Shown piece by piece: positions 17,735 to 26,862 of a DNA stretch of 64,000 bases. The notes under the pieces were generated by a model. It saw only the letters and a list, made by a program, of their open reading frames with translations, was not told the origin of the DNA and made no database searches. Source of the DNA: Pseudomonadota bacterium (GTDB taxonomy: Bacteria; Bdellovibrionota; FAC87; UBA2466); the NCBI GenBank assembly GCA_043767805.1, contig JAYUGC010000085.1, positions 1 through 64,000 on the forward strand, in the 5' to 3' direction. The translations under genes and the position numbers were made by a program. Each line of letters begins with the position of its first letter. Within the stretch, counting starts at the first letter, position 1.

Positions 17735-19311
17735 AGGACGAGCTCCCGGCTCAGGACCGATTCGGGTCCGTTCTCGGGAACTACTTTGAGCCGGTAACGA
17801 AGCTTCTGGCCGGTGCCGACAGTGCGATCGATCTCGAACTTGACCGAGCGATCGTAGAGCATCCCGCCGCCTTGTCCGATTCCGATGCTTTGGCCAGCAG
17901 GCAGATCGCCGAAGGCTTGCATGTAAAGGATGGGAACGATGCCCTTATCGAGAGGCTCCAGCACCAAACGCACGTTGCGCGCGGTGACGCCGGACGAGTT
18001 CTGAATGCGAACGTCGAAAACCACCGTGGTGCCCGGCGCGGGAGTGACGACTTGAGCCGTGCCGTTCGCGTCCGAGATGCCTACAGGCCGCGCATCGAAA
18101 GTCAGAGGCGCGCTTAACGTTTGAGCTTCGGCATCGAAACCGCGCGCCGTGAACGCCCGCTTAATGTCGTCTTCGTGACCGCCGCAGTGGAGCGTGTCAT
18201 CGACTTTTACCAAAGCGTCGTGGAACTGGCGGATGCTGGTGTCTCGTTTCAGGAGTCCCACCGCGCTCCATACCATGCGCTCGAATTTCATCGCGCCCGC
18301 CTGCGCATCTTCCGCGACGAACTTAGCGCGCACGTCCCAAAGGACTCGCGAGCACCATTCCGCCACCACGTAACGAGCGGGGTTATTGCCCCGACCATCG
18401 GTGGTGATGACGTTCTTGAAAGTCATGGCCTTCGACTGCGCCGTATCCACGGCGGAGCGAAGCGGCTGTCCGGCCGCGACTTCGTTGAAGTTGCGCGCAA
18501 TCCAGCGCCCGATATAGGGCTTTCCGGATACCGACATCTCCAGCATGTCCGCGAGACATTCATGCAGCGACGAGCCTTCCGTATAGACCGCGCCGGCATC
18601 GGCCGCGTAATCCATGCCCACTTCGTGACTTGAGCTCTCGTTGAAGAGATGACCGAACTCATGCCAGTAGATGTCGCGATCCGCGCCGAGGGGATACTTC
18701 GTTTCTCCGAAGACCCGGATGATGCGGGGACTCGAGGGATTCAAATAGTTATGATCGTAGAACGCGTTCACTTCGTTCGGGTCATCGCCCTGGGCGCGAA
18801 CGAGAACGTAGAGGGGGCGGCTTTTCACGACCGAAAAGCCCAGCTTCTGCACGTACTGAATCATGGCCTGAACGCTGTAGTAAGCCATCGTCTCCGAATA
18901 ATGCGGATCCAAAATCGGGAAGGAGTAAGCGCCCTGCGCGTTCGGCGCCGCCAAAGTATTCACGGCGTCCTGCAACGTCTTGATGCGCACTTTCAGAAAA
19001 TCATTTTCGAGGCGTTGTACGCCGGTGAGATCGGGAAGGCCCAGCGACGCGGCGACGCTGGAGAGCCGGGAATCCGTCGCGAGCACGCTTCCGGAATTGG
19101 TCGCATCAATCGGATTGGGCAGAACGAGCACTCCCTTAGGAGCATTCGCGCCGGCCTGCACTTGGCGTTTCAAGCCTTCGAGCTGAGCGATGGGCAACTC
19201 CGGCCCTTCGCAACCCGCTCCGCCCCGGCCGCAGCCGTGGAGCAAAACGAGCAAGAGCATGGTCAACGCTCCTACTAGAGTCGCCGCGTATTTTGAAACA
19301 CTCGGATGCAT
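17731..19311 (-). CDS. M4/M36-type zinc metalloprotease lipoprotein with C-terminal Ig-like domain
   Basis: Lipobox LHGC; VNAFY; DIYWHEFGH; third-ligand GSSLHECLAD; NVRLVL..FGDLPAGQS tail. Confidence 0.8.
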   Translation of the reverse strand: MHPSVSKYAATLVGALTMLLLVLLHGCGRGGAGCEGPELPIAQLEGLKRQVQAGANAPKGVLVLPNPIDATNSGSVLATDSRLSSVAASLGLPDLTGVQRLENDFLKVRIKTLQDAVNTLAAPNAQGAYSFPILDPHYSETMAYYSVQAMIQYVQKLGFSVVKSRPLYVLVRAQGDDPNEVNAFYDHNYLNPSSPRIIRVFGETKYPLGADRDIYWHEFGHLFNESSSHEVGMDYAADAGAVYTEGSSLHECLADMLEMSVSGKPYIGRWIARNFNEVAAGQPLRSAVDTAQSKAMTFKNVITTDGRGNNPARYVVAEWCSRVLWDVRAKFVAEDAQAGAMKFERMVWSAVGLLKRDTSIRQFHDALVKVDDTLHCGGHEDDIKRAFTARGFDAEAQTLSAPLTFDARPVGISDANGTAQVVTPAPGTTVVFDVRIQNSSGVTARNVRLVLEPLDKGIVPILYMQAFGDLPAGQSIGIGQGGGMLYDRSVKFEIDRTVGTGQKLRYRLKVVPENGPESVLSRELVL

Positions 19312-19352
19312 AGGCTTCGCTCAGACGTTTGACAGTATTCGAGAGGTTAGAA

Positions 19353-19369
19353 TTGCAAGTCCGGTGCCC
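19353..19369 (-). promoter_or_regulatory. Putative sigma54 -24/-12 promoter
   Basis: GGGCACCGGACTTGCAA about 42 nt upstream of the protease ATG. Confidence 0.7.
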
Positions 19370-19544
19370 GGGCGAAGGCGAAAACCACTAGGAATTCAAA
19401 GGGGTGAAGCAGAGGGCTGAAGAGGGTTTGGGCGGCTCTCAGGCTCGGACTGTATACAAAAGAGAGGGCGGGAGCGCGCCATCCAAGGAGAATCGCTTGA
19501 AATCCAGCCTTTTGGGAGAGTGTGCTCTGAACACTCCGAGCGAC

Positions 19545-19592
19545 AAAAAAATAGGCGGATAACCGGGAGGGGTTTCCTCCCGATTATCCGCC
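19545..19592 (-). terminator. Intrinsic terminator
   Basis: ggcggataa-cgggagg/cctcccg-ttatccgcc stem with a T7 run on the minus strand. Confidence 0.85.
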
Positions 19593-19620
19593 CTGTCAGA
19601 ATCTGGACACTAGGTCGGAG

Positions 19621-20868
19621 CTAGTTGTAGCTGTAGTCCTGCGAAGGAACTACGTCGCCGTTCTGAGTCGCGGGGCCGCCCTGCTGTCCCTGAACGGGAT
19701 AACCAGGTTGCGTTCCGGGCTGCTGAGCGACGGGCGGCTGTTGTTGCTGAACTCCACCTTGCTGCTGACCGAGAGGATCTTGCTGACCCTGGCCTTGCTG
19801 CACGGGTTGTTGTCCGCCACCTTGCTGAGGAATCTGTCCACCGAATTGCTGCCCGACTTGCTGCGGATACTGTTGTTGTCCGCCCTGCTGGGGATACTGC
19901 TGGCCACCACCCTGTACGGGGAGCTGACCGGGCTGTCCGCCGACTTGCGGACCGCCGCCTTGGATTTGCCCCTGGCCTCCACCCTGAACCGGCGTGTACG
20001 GATGCTGGTTGTAGTCGGCGGGAAGGTTCGGCTGATATCCGTTGATGTAGCTATTCTGCATGTAGTTGAAACGTTGGTTCCAGTAACCGGCGTCATACGA
20101 AGTCTGCACCGGCTGATTCGCACGGATAGGCTGCACGGCTTCGACGTTCCAGACGCGGTTGTCATGATAGAACGGGAAAGGCACGAAGTTCTGAGCGACA
20201 TCCACGGCCACGTTCACGCGGTACGGACGGTACGTGCACTCGAGACAAGCGCGGCGAAGCGGCAACTGAAAGGTCGTCGCGTAACGCACGCTCAGCATCA
20301 GCTCACGAACTTCCCAAGCGAGACGCTCGAGCACCGTTAACCGGCGGAGAAGCAGCTGCTGATTCCAGCACTGTCCCGTGGCGCCACGGATGATGTAGCT
20401 GCGACGAAGCGCTTCGATGTAGAAGTACGTCGCCGCCATCGCGTTCGTATAAGCATAGTCCGTCACTTGAAACTGGGCAGCGAACGCGGGGCTCGGGCCA
20501 CGCGCGCGGTACCAGTGATCGTAGAGCAGAATCGTTTGCATGCGGAAGTCGTTCACGATCTTGCCGATGAAATACTCGGGGATGTGCGGCTTAGCGCCGG
20601 GCTCGACTACCATGGTGGGATCGACCATCAGGCGCCCATAAAAACCACCAGCCCATCCTCCCTGCTCGCGGATGTTCGCGACGACGGGATCGAGGATGAG
20701 AAATTGGTTTGCACGGGTCAAGTTGGTTTCGGTAAGGAGCTCGTCCGAATGGCGGACAAGATGTTCGAGCAAGTTGGCGGCATTCGGAGTGTTGATGTAC
20801 GGATCGGCGGAAGCAGAAAGGCCAAACGCCATCAGCGTGAGGCAGAAAATTTTACGGAATTGGTTCAT
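19621..20868 (-). CDS. Hypothetical secreted protein with Q/G-rich low-complexity C-terminus
   Basis: AAGGAG SD, signal peptide ending ASA, GGQQYPQQ-like repeats. Confidence 0.8.
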   Translation of the reverse strand: MNQFRKIFCLTLMAFGLSASADPYINTPNAANLLEHLVRHSDELLTETNLTRANQFLILDPVVANIREQGGWAGGFYGRLMVDPTMVVEPGAKPHIPEYFIGKIVNDFRMQTILLYDHWYRARGPSPAFAAQFQVTDYAYTNAMAATYFYIEALRRSYIIRGATGQCWNQQLLLRRLTVLERLAWEVRELMLSVRYATTFQLPLRRACLECTYRPYRVNVAVDVAQNFVPFPFYHDNRVWNVEAVQPIRANQPVQTSYDAGYWNQRFNYMQNSYINGYQPNLPADYNQHPYTPVQGGGQGQIQGGGPQVGGQPGQLPVQGGGQQYPQQGGQQQYPQQVGQQFGGQIPQQGGGQQPVQQGQGQQDPLGQQQGGVQQQQPPVAQQPGTQPGYPVQGQQGGPATQNGDVVPSQDYSYN

Positions 20869-20948
20869 TCGTTCTTCTCCTTTTAAAGACTTCTAAAAAG
20901 TAGAAACCCCTACTCGGACCCGGATGCGGCAAATCTTTCAGAGGGCCA

Positions 20949-20978
20949 GTTATAAGTTTTTAGGCTGTGCCGTGTCAA
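20949..20978 (-). promoter_or_regulatory. Putative sigma70 promoter
   Basis: TTGACA-N18-TATAAC upstream of 20868; IHF-like TATCAATGACTTA at 21003-21015 (minus strand). Confidence 0.55.
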
Positions 20979-21141
20979 CGCTAAGTATTAATTACACGAT
21001 AATAAGTCATTGATATCAGGTGACAATTTTCGTCACCGGGCAGGTAAGGCTTGGAAAAACAAGGAGGATGGAGCGGGTTTCGTTAACGGGATACGCCGAA
21101 GATAAAGGCAACGAACCTCGTGTTATTCTTGTTCTCACCCT

Positions 21142-22374
21142 ATGAAAACAGGCCCCCGCCAGTCCCCCGTGCCGAGCTTCGACGAGTTCCTCGAAGGCTT
21201 CCGGCAGAAGGGGGAAAGGGTCATCGTTCAGACGGTTATCGGCCGGTCGGGCTCCTTCTTCCTGCAGTCCCTCTTCGATGACCATCCCGAAATGCTGATG
21301 TTTCCGGGCGCGCTTTCTTTTCAGGAAAGCATTGCCCCGGCCTTAGAAAACAATCCGGAATCATGGCCCGCTCAGATAGAAAGTTTATGCAACGCCTGGC
21401 ATAAGGCCGTGCACCAGAACATGGCGGCGAAGCTCGGAAAGAACCGGGACGAGAAGACCGAGCTCTCCGGGACCGAGCTGGTGAGCGTGATGCGAAACGC
21501 CCTCGGCGCGAGAGTCGTCACCCGAAAGCTGCTTTTTCTAGCTCTTCATTACGGAGTCGGGGTTTGCCTCAAACGCGACTTGCGCCGCATCAGCGTGATC
21601 TATTCTCACGAGCACGTTCCCGAGCTGCGCGACGATCATATCCTTCCGATGAGGCAGGATTTTCCCAGCGCCCTTTTCCTTTGCACGGTTCGCGACCCGC
21701 GCTCCAACTACCTCTCCGCGCTAAGAATGAAGGAAGGGCTCGCGCAATTTCCGCAGTGGGCGGAGTGGCGCTATGAATATTCCGTGTCCTACACGGCATG
21801 GAGCTGGTACCGGTTCGGCCTGTCCCAGGTAAACGCGCGCGCGGAATCTTTCTTGCTGATTCGCCTCGAAGACCTTCAAGGGAAAGGAATCCCTTACGTG
21901 AAGGCGCTGTGCGAAAGGCTTGGGCTTGCCTTCACCGAAAGCCTTCTCGAGACTACTTTCGCCGGCAAGGCATGGTGGGGAGATGCCTTCTCGCCCCCTT
22001 CGACTGGGTTCCGTCCGACCGCGAACGCGGCGAGCTGGAAAAAGAAACTGCCGCGCTTCAAGGCGGCAGTGCTCGAGATTCTCCTCGCGCGTGAGATGAA
22101 AGCCCTTGGCTACGAGCGGTGGATAAAACCGCTTACCCCGGCGTGGTGGATGGCTTGGCTCACCTTTCCCCTATGGGCTTGGGACGACAATAAGCAGCTA
22201 CTCACCAGGGAGTACCACGTCTATCTCAGACGAACGGGCGTCTCGGTATGGCGAAGTCTTTTCGCCAGTGTCTTGAAAGCGATGCGCTTCAGCGTGAGCC
22301 TGCTGAATCAAACCTACTTCGTGCGGCGGGACTATTCGAAAGTGCCGGGCACGATTTTCAAGACAGGCAATTAG
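21142..22374 (+). CDS. Sulfotransferase-fold protein (candidate phosphoramidate transferase)
   Basis: 5'-PSB loop GRSGSFFLQSLFDDHP, 3'-PB motif VRDPRSNYLS, IRLEDL, TFAGKAWWGD. Confidence 0.8.
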   Translation: MKTGPRQSPVPSFDEFLEGFRQKGERVIVQTVIGRSGSFFLQSLFDDHPEMLMFPGALSFQESIAPALENNPESWPAQIESLCNAWHKAVHQNMAAKLGKNRDEKTELSGTELVSVMRNALGARVVTRKLLFLALHYGVGVCLKRDLRRISVIYSHEHVPELRDDHILPMRQDFPSALFLCTVRDPRSNYLSALRMKEGLAQFPQWAEWRYEYSVSYTAWSWYRFGLSQVNARAESFLLIRLEDLQGKGIPYVKALCERLGLAFTESLLETTFAGKAWWGDAFSPPSTGFRPTANAASWKKKLPRFKAAVLEILLAREMKALGYERWIKPLTPAWWMAWLTFPLWAWDDNKQLLTREYHVYLRRTGVSVWRSLFASVLKAMRFSVSLLNQTYFVRRDYSKVPGTIFKTGN

Positions 22375-23147
22375 GCCGCTTTCTTTCCCGCCGCCTTCGC
22401 TTTGGCTTGGGCCACCCAAATGCGAGTGGTATAGGGGACCTGAACGGTCTCGAGTTTCATCTCCACGAGGATCTTGCGGATGCCATGGATGATGGCGGGG
22501 AAGCGGGCGCCGGCCTGACGCTGCAGAGTCGCATGGGATTCCCACGCTCTCACGCAATCGTCCTGACTTTGCGTGTGGGTCACATTTCCTTCAAGCCGCT
22601 TCACCTCGTGGAAAAGCGCGCTCGAGTTGATGACCTCGACTTGATCTTCGCGGCGGGTGCCGTACCCATACTCGGGAATCTCGCTCTTGATGAAAGCTTC
22701 GAGCCGCGCCTGAACCGGATCTTTGAGATCACGGTGGTTCCACATGCCCGCGAACCAACCCGACGGCTTTAAGATGCGAACCGTTTCTTGGAGCGCCTTC
22801 GCTCGGTCGGTAACGTTGAAGGAAGAGCCAAAGGTGACGAGATCGAACGCGCTTTCCTTACGGCCGGTACTCTCTCCCGTTCCTTCGAACCAGGTGACGT
22901 TTTTGAAATCCTTGGTCCGTTCGCGGCCACCCTCGCGCATGGCATCGTTGGGCTCCACAGCGGACACCTGGTACTGGCCCCGGGCGAGATGCAGCGTCAA
23001 GTGCGCCACTCCAGCTCCAACGTCACAAACCGCCGCTCCTGGCTTAAGGCCGACGGCGGAAAACATCTGACTAAGCGCTTTCGCGGAATAATCAGGCCGT
23101 TTCAAGTAAGCCTTGGCGAGATCGGTGTAGTTCCATTGAGTTTTCAT
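22371..23147 (-). CDS. Class I SAM methyltransferase, Cj1419/Cj1420-like (MeOPN methyltransferase type)
   Basis: WNYT..AKAY..RPDY, DVGAGVA, VEPNDAMR, VTFGSSFNV, MWNHRDL, RREDQ, YTTRIW. Confidence 0.82.
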   Translation of the reverse strand: MKTQWNYTDLAKAYLKRPDYSAKALSQMFSAVGLKPGAAVCDVGAGVAHLTLHLARGQYQVSAVEPNDAMREGGRERTKDFKNVTWFEGTGESTGRKESAFDLVTFGSSFNVTDRAKALQETVRILKPSGWFAGMWNHRDLKDPVQARLEAFIKSEIPEYGYGTRREDQVEVINSSALFHEVKRLEGNVTHTQSQDDCVRAWESHATLQRQAGARFPAIIHGIRKILVEMKLETVQVPYTTRIWVAQAKAKAAGKKAA

Positions 23148-23683
23148 CGGGCAGCGGCCTTTCGTACGAGAGGGAAAAAGTGATTCCAGATCTCATCCAC
23201 CAGATCGTGCGGAGTACGGCTGCCGTCGTTCTGGAGATGAAGCTCCGGGTTCTTGGGATTCTGTACTTCAAAGTGAATGCCGGCGACGTCGCCCACGGTT
23301 CCGCTAGCCGCCTGCGCGTAAATCTTTTTTGGGTCTCTTCCCTTGAGGACTTCGATCGGCGCCTCGATGAAGATTTCGCGATAGGAAGCGATATTCGCCC
23401 GGTTCCACTGCTGACACGAATGAAAGAGGGAAATGGTCGCACAGACGACGTCCACGCCTTGATCGGAGAGGAGCTTGCACAGACGGGCGTTGCGCATGGC
23501 GCTCTTCAAACGGCTTTCGTTGGTATGACCCAGATCGTTGCCGAACACCTCACGGAGAATATCCCCGTCCAAGTAAACGGCATTGCCGCCTTGAGCTTTC
23601 AGGCGCGCGCAAAAGAGCGACGCAAGCGTGGATTTCCCGACGCCGGACATTCCGGTGAACCAATATACCGATCCAGTTTTCAT
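23144..23683 (-). CDS. APS-kinase-family kinase, Cj1415-like cytidine diphosphoramidate 3'-kinase
   Basis: WFTGMSGVGKST P-loop, LDGDILR, ATISLF, RDPKKIY; MeOPN gene context. Confidence 0.8.
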   Translation of the reverse strand: MKTGSVYWFTGMSGVGKSTLASLFCARLKAQGGNAVYLDGDILREVFGNDLGHTNESRLKSAMRNARLCKLLSDQGVDVVCATISLFHSCQQWNRANIASYREIFIEAPIEVLKGRDPKKIYAQAASGTVGDVAGIHFEVQNPKNPELHLQNDGSRTPHDLVDEIWNHFFPLVRKAAAR

Positions 23684-23687
23684 GTGA

Positions 23688-23697
23688 GGGGGGGGGG
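23688..23697. repeat. G10 homopolymer tract
   Basis: Ten consecutive G (C10 on minus strand), 4 nt upstream of the kinase ATG. Confidence 0.9.
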
Positions 23698-23890
23698 TGA
23701 CCTAGAAAGGAAACGAGAAAGTACTTTTCATTTTAGCGGAAATTTTCAAAACGAGGGGAGAATTTACCTATCGCGCCGTGGCTTTGCGGTCGGGAGGATT
23801 TACCGCACAATGTAAATTGGTCTCTTTAGAGCCCTCAAGTCCTCTCGGCCCACTCCCCTTCTCCCTACTTTCCCGAACCAATAAGTGCCC

Positions 23891-26257
23891 ATGAGAAACC
23901 AACGCTCCCTTGCCTTCGTGCGGGTTGATTCACTCGATTTCGGCACCAAAGCCGAGACGCTCGGCGCCCTTTCCGGCGTCCTCAAGTCCGCAACGATCCT
24001 GCCGCAACTCCATTTCACTTTGGAAAGGTGGAAAACGGAACAGGCGGAAGTCGTCAAAGAAGTGGAAGCGTCCGGCTGGCTCGCCGCCCCCGGCGCCGCC
24101 GTGCGAAGCAGCGCCCGGGCCGAAGACGGCAAAACAAGCTCCCTCGCCGGACATTTCCTATCTCTCCTCAATGTCAGCGATCGTACCGCTGTCATCCGCG
24201 CGATCGATCAGGTATTTGCTTCCTACGGAAAGCCCACCGACGCCGAACAGGTGTTAATCCAGCCCATGGTGAAGCAGGTGGCGGCTTCCGGCGTTGCTTT
24301 CGGCGTCGAGCCGAGTAGCGGCAGCTCCTACTTCGTCGTGAACTACGACGACCATTCAGGCTCCACGTCCTCGGTGACTAGCGGCGGCTCGTCCCACTTA
24401 AAAACCTTTTATTGTTACGAGGACGCCGGAGTCGAATTACCTCCGTTGATGAACGGAGTGGTAACGCTACTGAAAGAGCTAAGAGAGCTGTTTGGAACCA
24501 ACCATCTGGATATCGAGTTCGCCACCGACCGCGCGGGGAAAGTGTTCTTGCTCCAGTGCCGGCCTCTGACCGCCGCGAAAGCCGCGGAAGACAAGGGCGT
24601 CAATGAAGCGCTGACCCGCATTGAAGCAAAGTTCGTAAGCTTGAGCAGCCGCCACCCTTACCTCCTCGGTAACCGCACCGTCTTCGGGGTGATGCCCGAT
24701 TGGAATCCCGCGGAAATTGTCGGCATTCGCCCGAGGCCTCTCGCCCTTTCGCTCTACCGCGAGCTCGTCACCGACAGCATCTGGGCTTATCAAAGAGACA
24801 ACTACGGCTATAGGAACTTACGCAGCTTTCCTCTGCTCGTGGACTTTTGCGGGCTACCCTATATCGATGTGAGAGTCAGCTTTAACTCCTTCGTTCCCGA
24901 GGACCTCGAAGAGGCTTTGGGAGAAAAGCTGGTCAACTACTACATCGACAAGCTCATTCAATTTCCCACGCATCACGACAAAGTCGAGTTCGAGATCGTC
25001 TACACCTGCTACACGTTCGATCTCCCGAAACGACTGGAGTCTTTGGATAAGGCCGGGTTCAGCGAGAAGGAACGCAACCGGCTCAAGGATTGCCTGATCA
25101 AGCTGACCAATCGGATCATCGACAAGGACAAAGGGCTTTGGAAAAAAGACATCGAGAAGATCGGCATTCTCGATAAACGCCTGGCTCAAATCCGGGAAAG
25201 CCAGCTCGACACGACCTCTAAAATCTACTGGCTCCTCGAAGATTGCAAACGCTACGGCACGCTTCCTTTCGCGGGACTCGCTCGCGCGGGTTTCATCGCG
25301 GTGCAGATGCTGCGCTCTTTGGTGGCCGTGGGAGTGCTTTCGCGTACCGAGTACGATCGCTTCCTTTCCTCTCTCGAAACGGTCAGCTCCCGTCTGAGCC
25401 GGGACTTCAGCGCTTGTTCGCAAAACGAGTTTCTCGCGCGCTACGGGCATTTGCGGCCGGGCACTTACGACGTCCTCTCTCCCCGCTACGACGAAGCTCC
25501 CAACAAATATTTTGACTGGTCCAAGCGGACTCATTGCGCCACGAAGGAATCAGAGCCGTTCGTCCTGAGCCTCGATCAGTTGCGCAAGATCGAAACTCTC
25601 CTGAAAGATCATCACCTCGAACACGACATCTTGGGCTTCTTCGACTTCATCCGTTCCGCCATCGAGGGACGGGAGTTCGCCAAATTCGTTTTCACGAAGA
25701 GCTTGAGCGAAGGCCTGTCGCTTTTAAAAACTCTCGCTTCCGAGCACGGGCTTTCGACCGAAGACTGCTCCTTCCTCGACATCTCGGCCGTTCGCCATCT
25801 CTATGCCTCGAGCGAAAGCCCGCGGGAAACGTTGGAGCGAAGTGCGAAAGAGGGACGTGAGGCCTACGAGCTCACCAAACAGATCACGTTACCCCCGCTC
25901 ATGGTGCGCCCCGAGGACGTCTGGGCCTTTGAGGTCCCCGCGAACGATCCCAACTTCATCACTCAGCGCCGCGTGTCCGCGCCCGTAGTCGAAGCTTCTC
26001 AAGACAAAGCTCTTTTCAAGAACGCGATACTTTTCATTCCGAGTGCCGACCCCGGATACGACTGGATTTTTTCCCACGGCATCGCGGGCCTCGTCACCAT
26101 GTTCGGCGGGACTAACTCCCACATGGCGATCCGCGCGGGAGAGCTCGACATTCCGGCCGTCATCGGCGCGGGAGAGCAGCTCTACCATCTCTGGTCGAAA
26201 GCGGCGGAGATCGAGGTCGACTGCTTGAATCGCCAAGTCAGGATTGTCCGGGGATGA
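23891..26257 (+). CDS. PEP-utilizer/PPDK-like L-glutamine kinase, Cj1418-like
   Basis: FGTKAETL, VRSSARAED..SLAG, LLQCRPL, VMPDWNPAEIVG, YGHLRPGTYD, ADPGYDW, phospho-His motif GGTNSHMAIRA. Confidence 0.88.
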   Translation: MRNQRSLAFVRVDSLDFGTKAETLGALSGVLKSATILPQLHFTLERWKTEQAEVVKEVEASGWLAAPGAAVRSSARAEDGKTSSLAGHFLSLLNVSDRTAVIRAIDQVFASYGKPTDAEQVLIQPMVKQVAASGVAFGVEPSSGSSYFVVNYDDHSGSTSSVTSGGSSHLKTFYCYEDAGVELPPLMNGVVTLLKELRELFGTNHLDIEFATDRAGKVFLLQCRPLTAAKAAEDKGVNEALTRIEAKFVSLSSRHPYLLGNRTVFGVMPDWNPAEIVGIRPRPLALSLYRELVTDSIWAYQRDNYGYRNLRSFPLLVDFCGLPYIDVRVSFNSFVPEDLEEALGEKLVNYYIDKLIQFPTHHDKVEFEIVYTCYTFDLPKRLESLDKAGFSEKERNRLKDCLIKLTNRIIDKDKGLWKKDIEKIGILDKRLAQIRESQLDTTSKIYWLLEDCKRYGTLPFAGLARAGFIAVQMLRSLVAVGVLSRTEYDRFLSSLETVSSRLSRDFSACSQNEFLARYGHLRPGTYDVLSPRYDEAPNKYFDWSKRTHCATKESEPFVLSLDQLRKIETLLKDHHLEHDILGFFDFIRSAIEGREFAKFVFTKSLSEGLSLLKTLASEHGLSTEDCSFLDISAVRHLYASSESPRETLERSAKEGREAYELTKQITLPPLMVRPEDVWAFEVPANDPNFITQRRVSAPVVEASQDKALFKNAILFIPSADPGYDWIFSHGIAGLVTMFGGTNSHMAIRAGELDIPAVIGAGEQLYHLWSKAAEIEVDCLNRQVRIVRG

Positions 26258-26862
26258 AGCTCATCGCCGTAACCCAAAGGGTGGCGCAAGTCGGCGAGCC
26301 CCCCGAGCGACGAGACACCCTCGACCAACGCTGGCTGGCCTTTCTTTCTCATTGCGGCTTCGTGCCCTTACTCGTCCCGAACCATGCCGCCAGTGCGGCT
26401 CAGCTCCTCTCCCAAGCAAAGCCCTCCGGCATCTTGCTTACGGGTGGTGACGATCTCGTGGCCTATGGAGGAACCGCGCCAGAGCGAGATGAAGTCGAAC
26501 GGCTATTCATCGAAAAAGCCATCAGCGCGAAATTGCCTTTGCTTGGTGTCTGCCGCGGAATGCAGGCCCTGCAGCACTTTCATGGCGTGAAGTTAGGCCC
26601 AGTGCCGGGGCATGTAACCCCTTCTCACGGCATCGTGCTTCAAGGGCGTCCGGAGAAAGTGAACAGCTATCACCGGCTCGGCACTAAGCTTGCTGGAGGA
26701 GGGCTGGAGATTTGGGGAACCGCGGAAGACGGCGTCGTGGAAGCGGTCCGCCATTTCACTAGCCCACTCGCGGGAATCATGTGGCACCCCGAACGGGTCT
26801 CGCCCTGCTCGGATAGAGACGTCGCGCTTTTTCGCACGCACTTCGGAGATCCCTCGAAATGA
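26254..26862 (+). CDS. Peptidase C26/GATase, Cj1417-like gamma-glutamyl-CDP-amidate hydrolase
   Basis: IAVTQR, ERRD.LDQRW, LTGGDD, GVCRGMQ, VNSYH, MWHPER. Confidence 0.87.
   Translation: MKLIAVTQRVAQVGEPPERRDTLDQRWLAFLSHCGFVPLLVPNHAASAAQLLSQAKPSGILLTGGDDLVAYGGTAPERDEVERLFIEKAISAKLPLLGVCRGMQALQHFHGVKLGPVPGHVTPSHGIVLQGRPEKVNSYHRLGTKLAGGGLEIWGTAEDGVVEAVRHFTSPLAGIMWHPERVSPCSDRDVALFRTHFGDPSK

Noticed and set aside
16919..20910. Shared 12-mer aagtagaaaccc in two intergenic regions
   Set aside because: Distant 12-mer matches are expected by chance in 64 kb, and the match does not extend.
23144..23683. cysC (APS kinase) supplying PAPS to the sulfotransferase
   Set aside because: It is coupled to a Cj1419-like methyltransferase and divergent from Cj1418/17/16 homologs, and no ATP sulfurylase is nearby. 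A Cj1415-type role fits better, though APS kinase is not formally excluded.
23891..26257. PEP synthase/PPDK
   Set aside because: The phospho-His domain is C-terminal and there is no pyruvate-binding barrel; the layout matches the glutamine kinase type.
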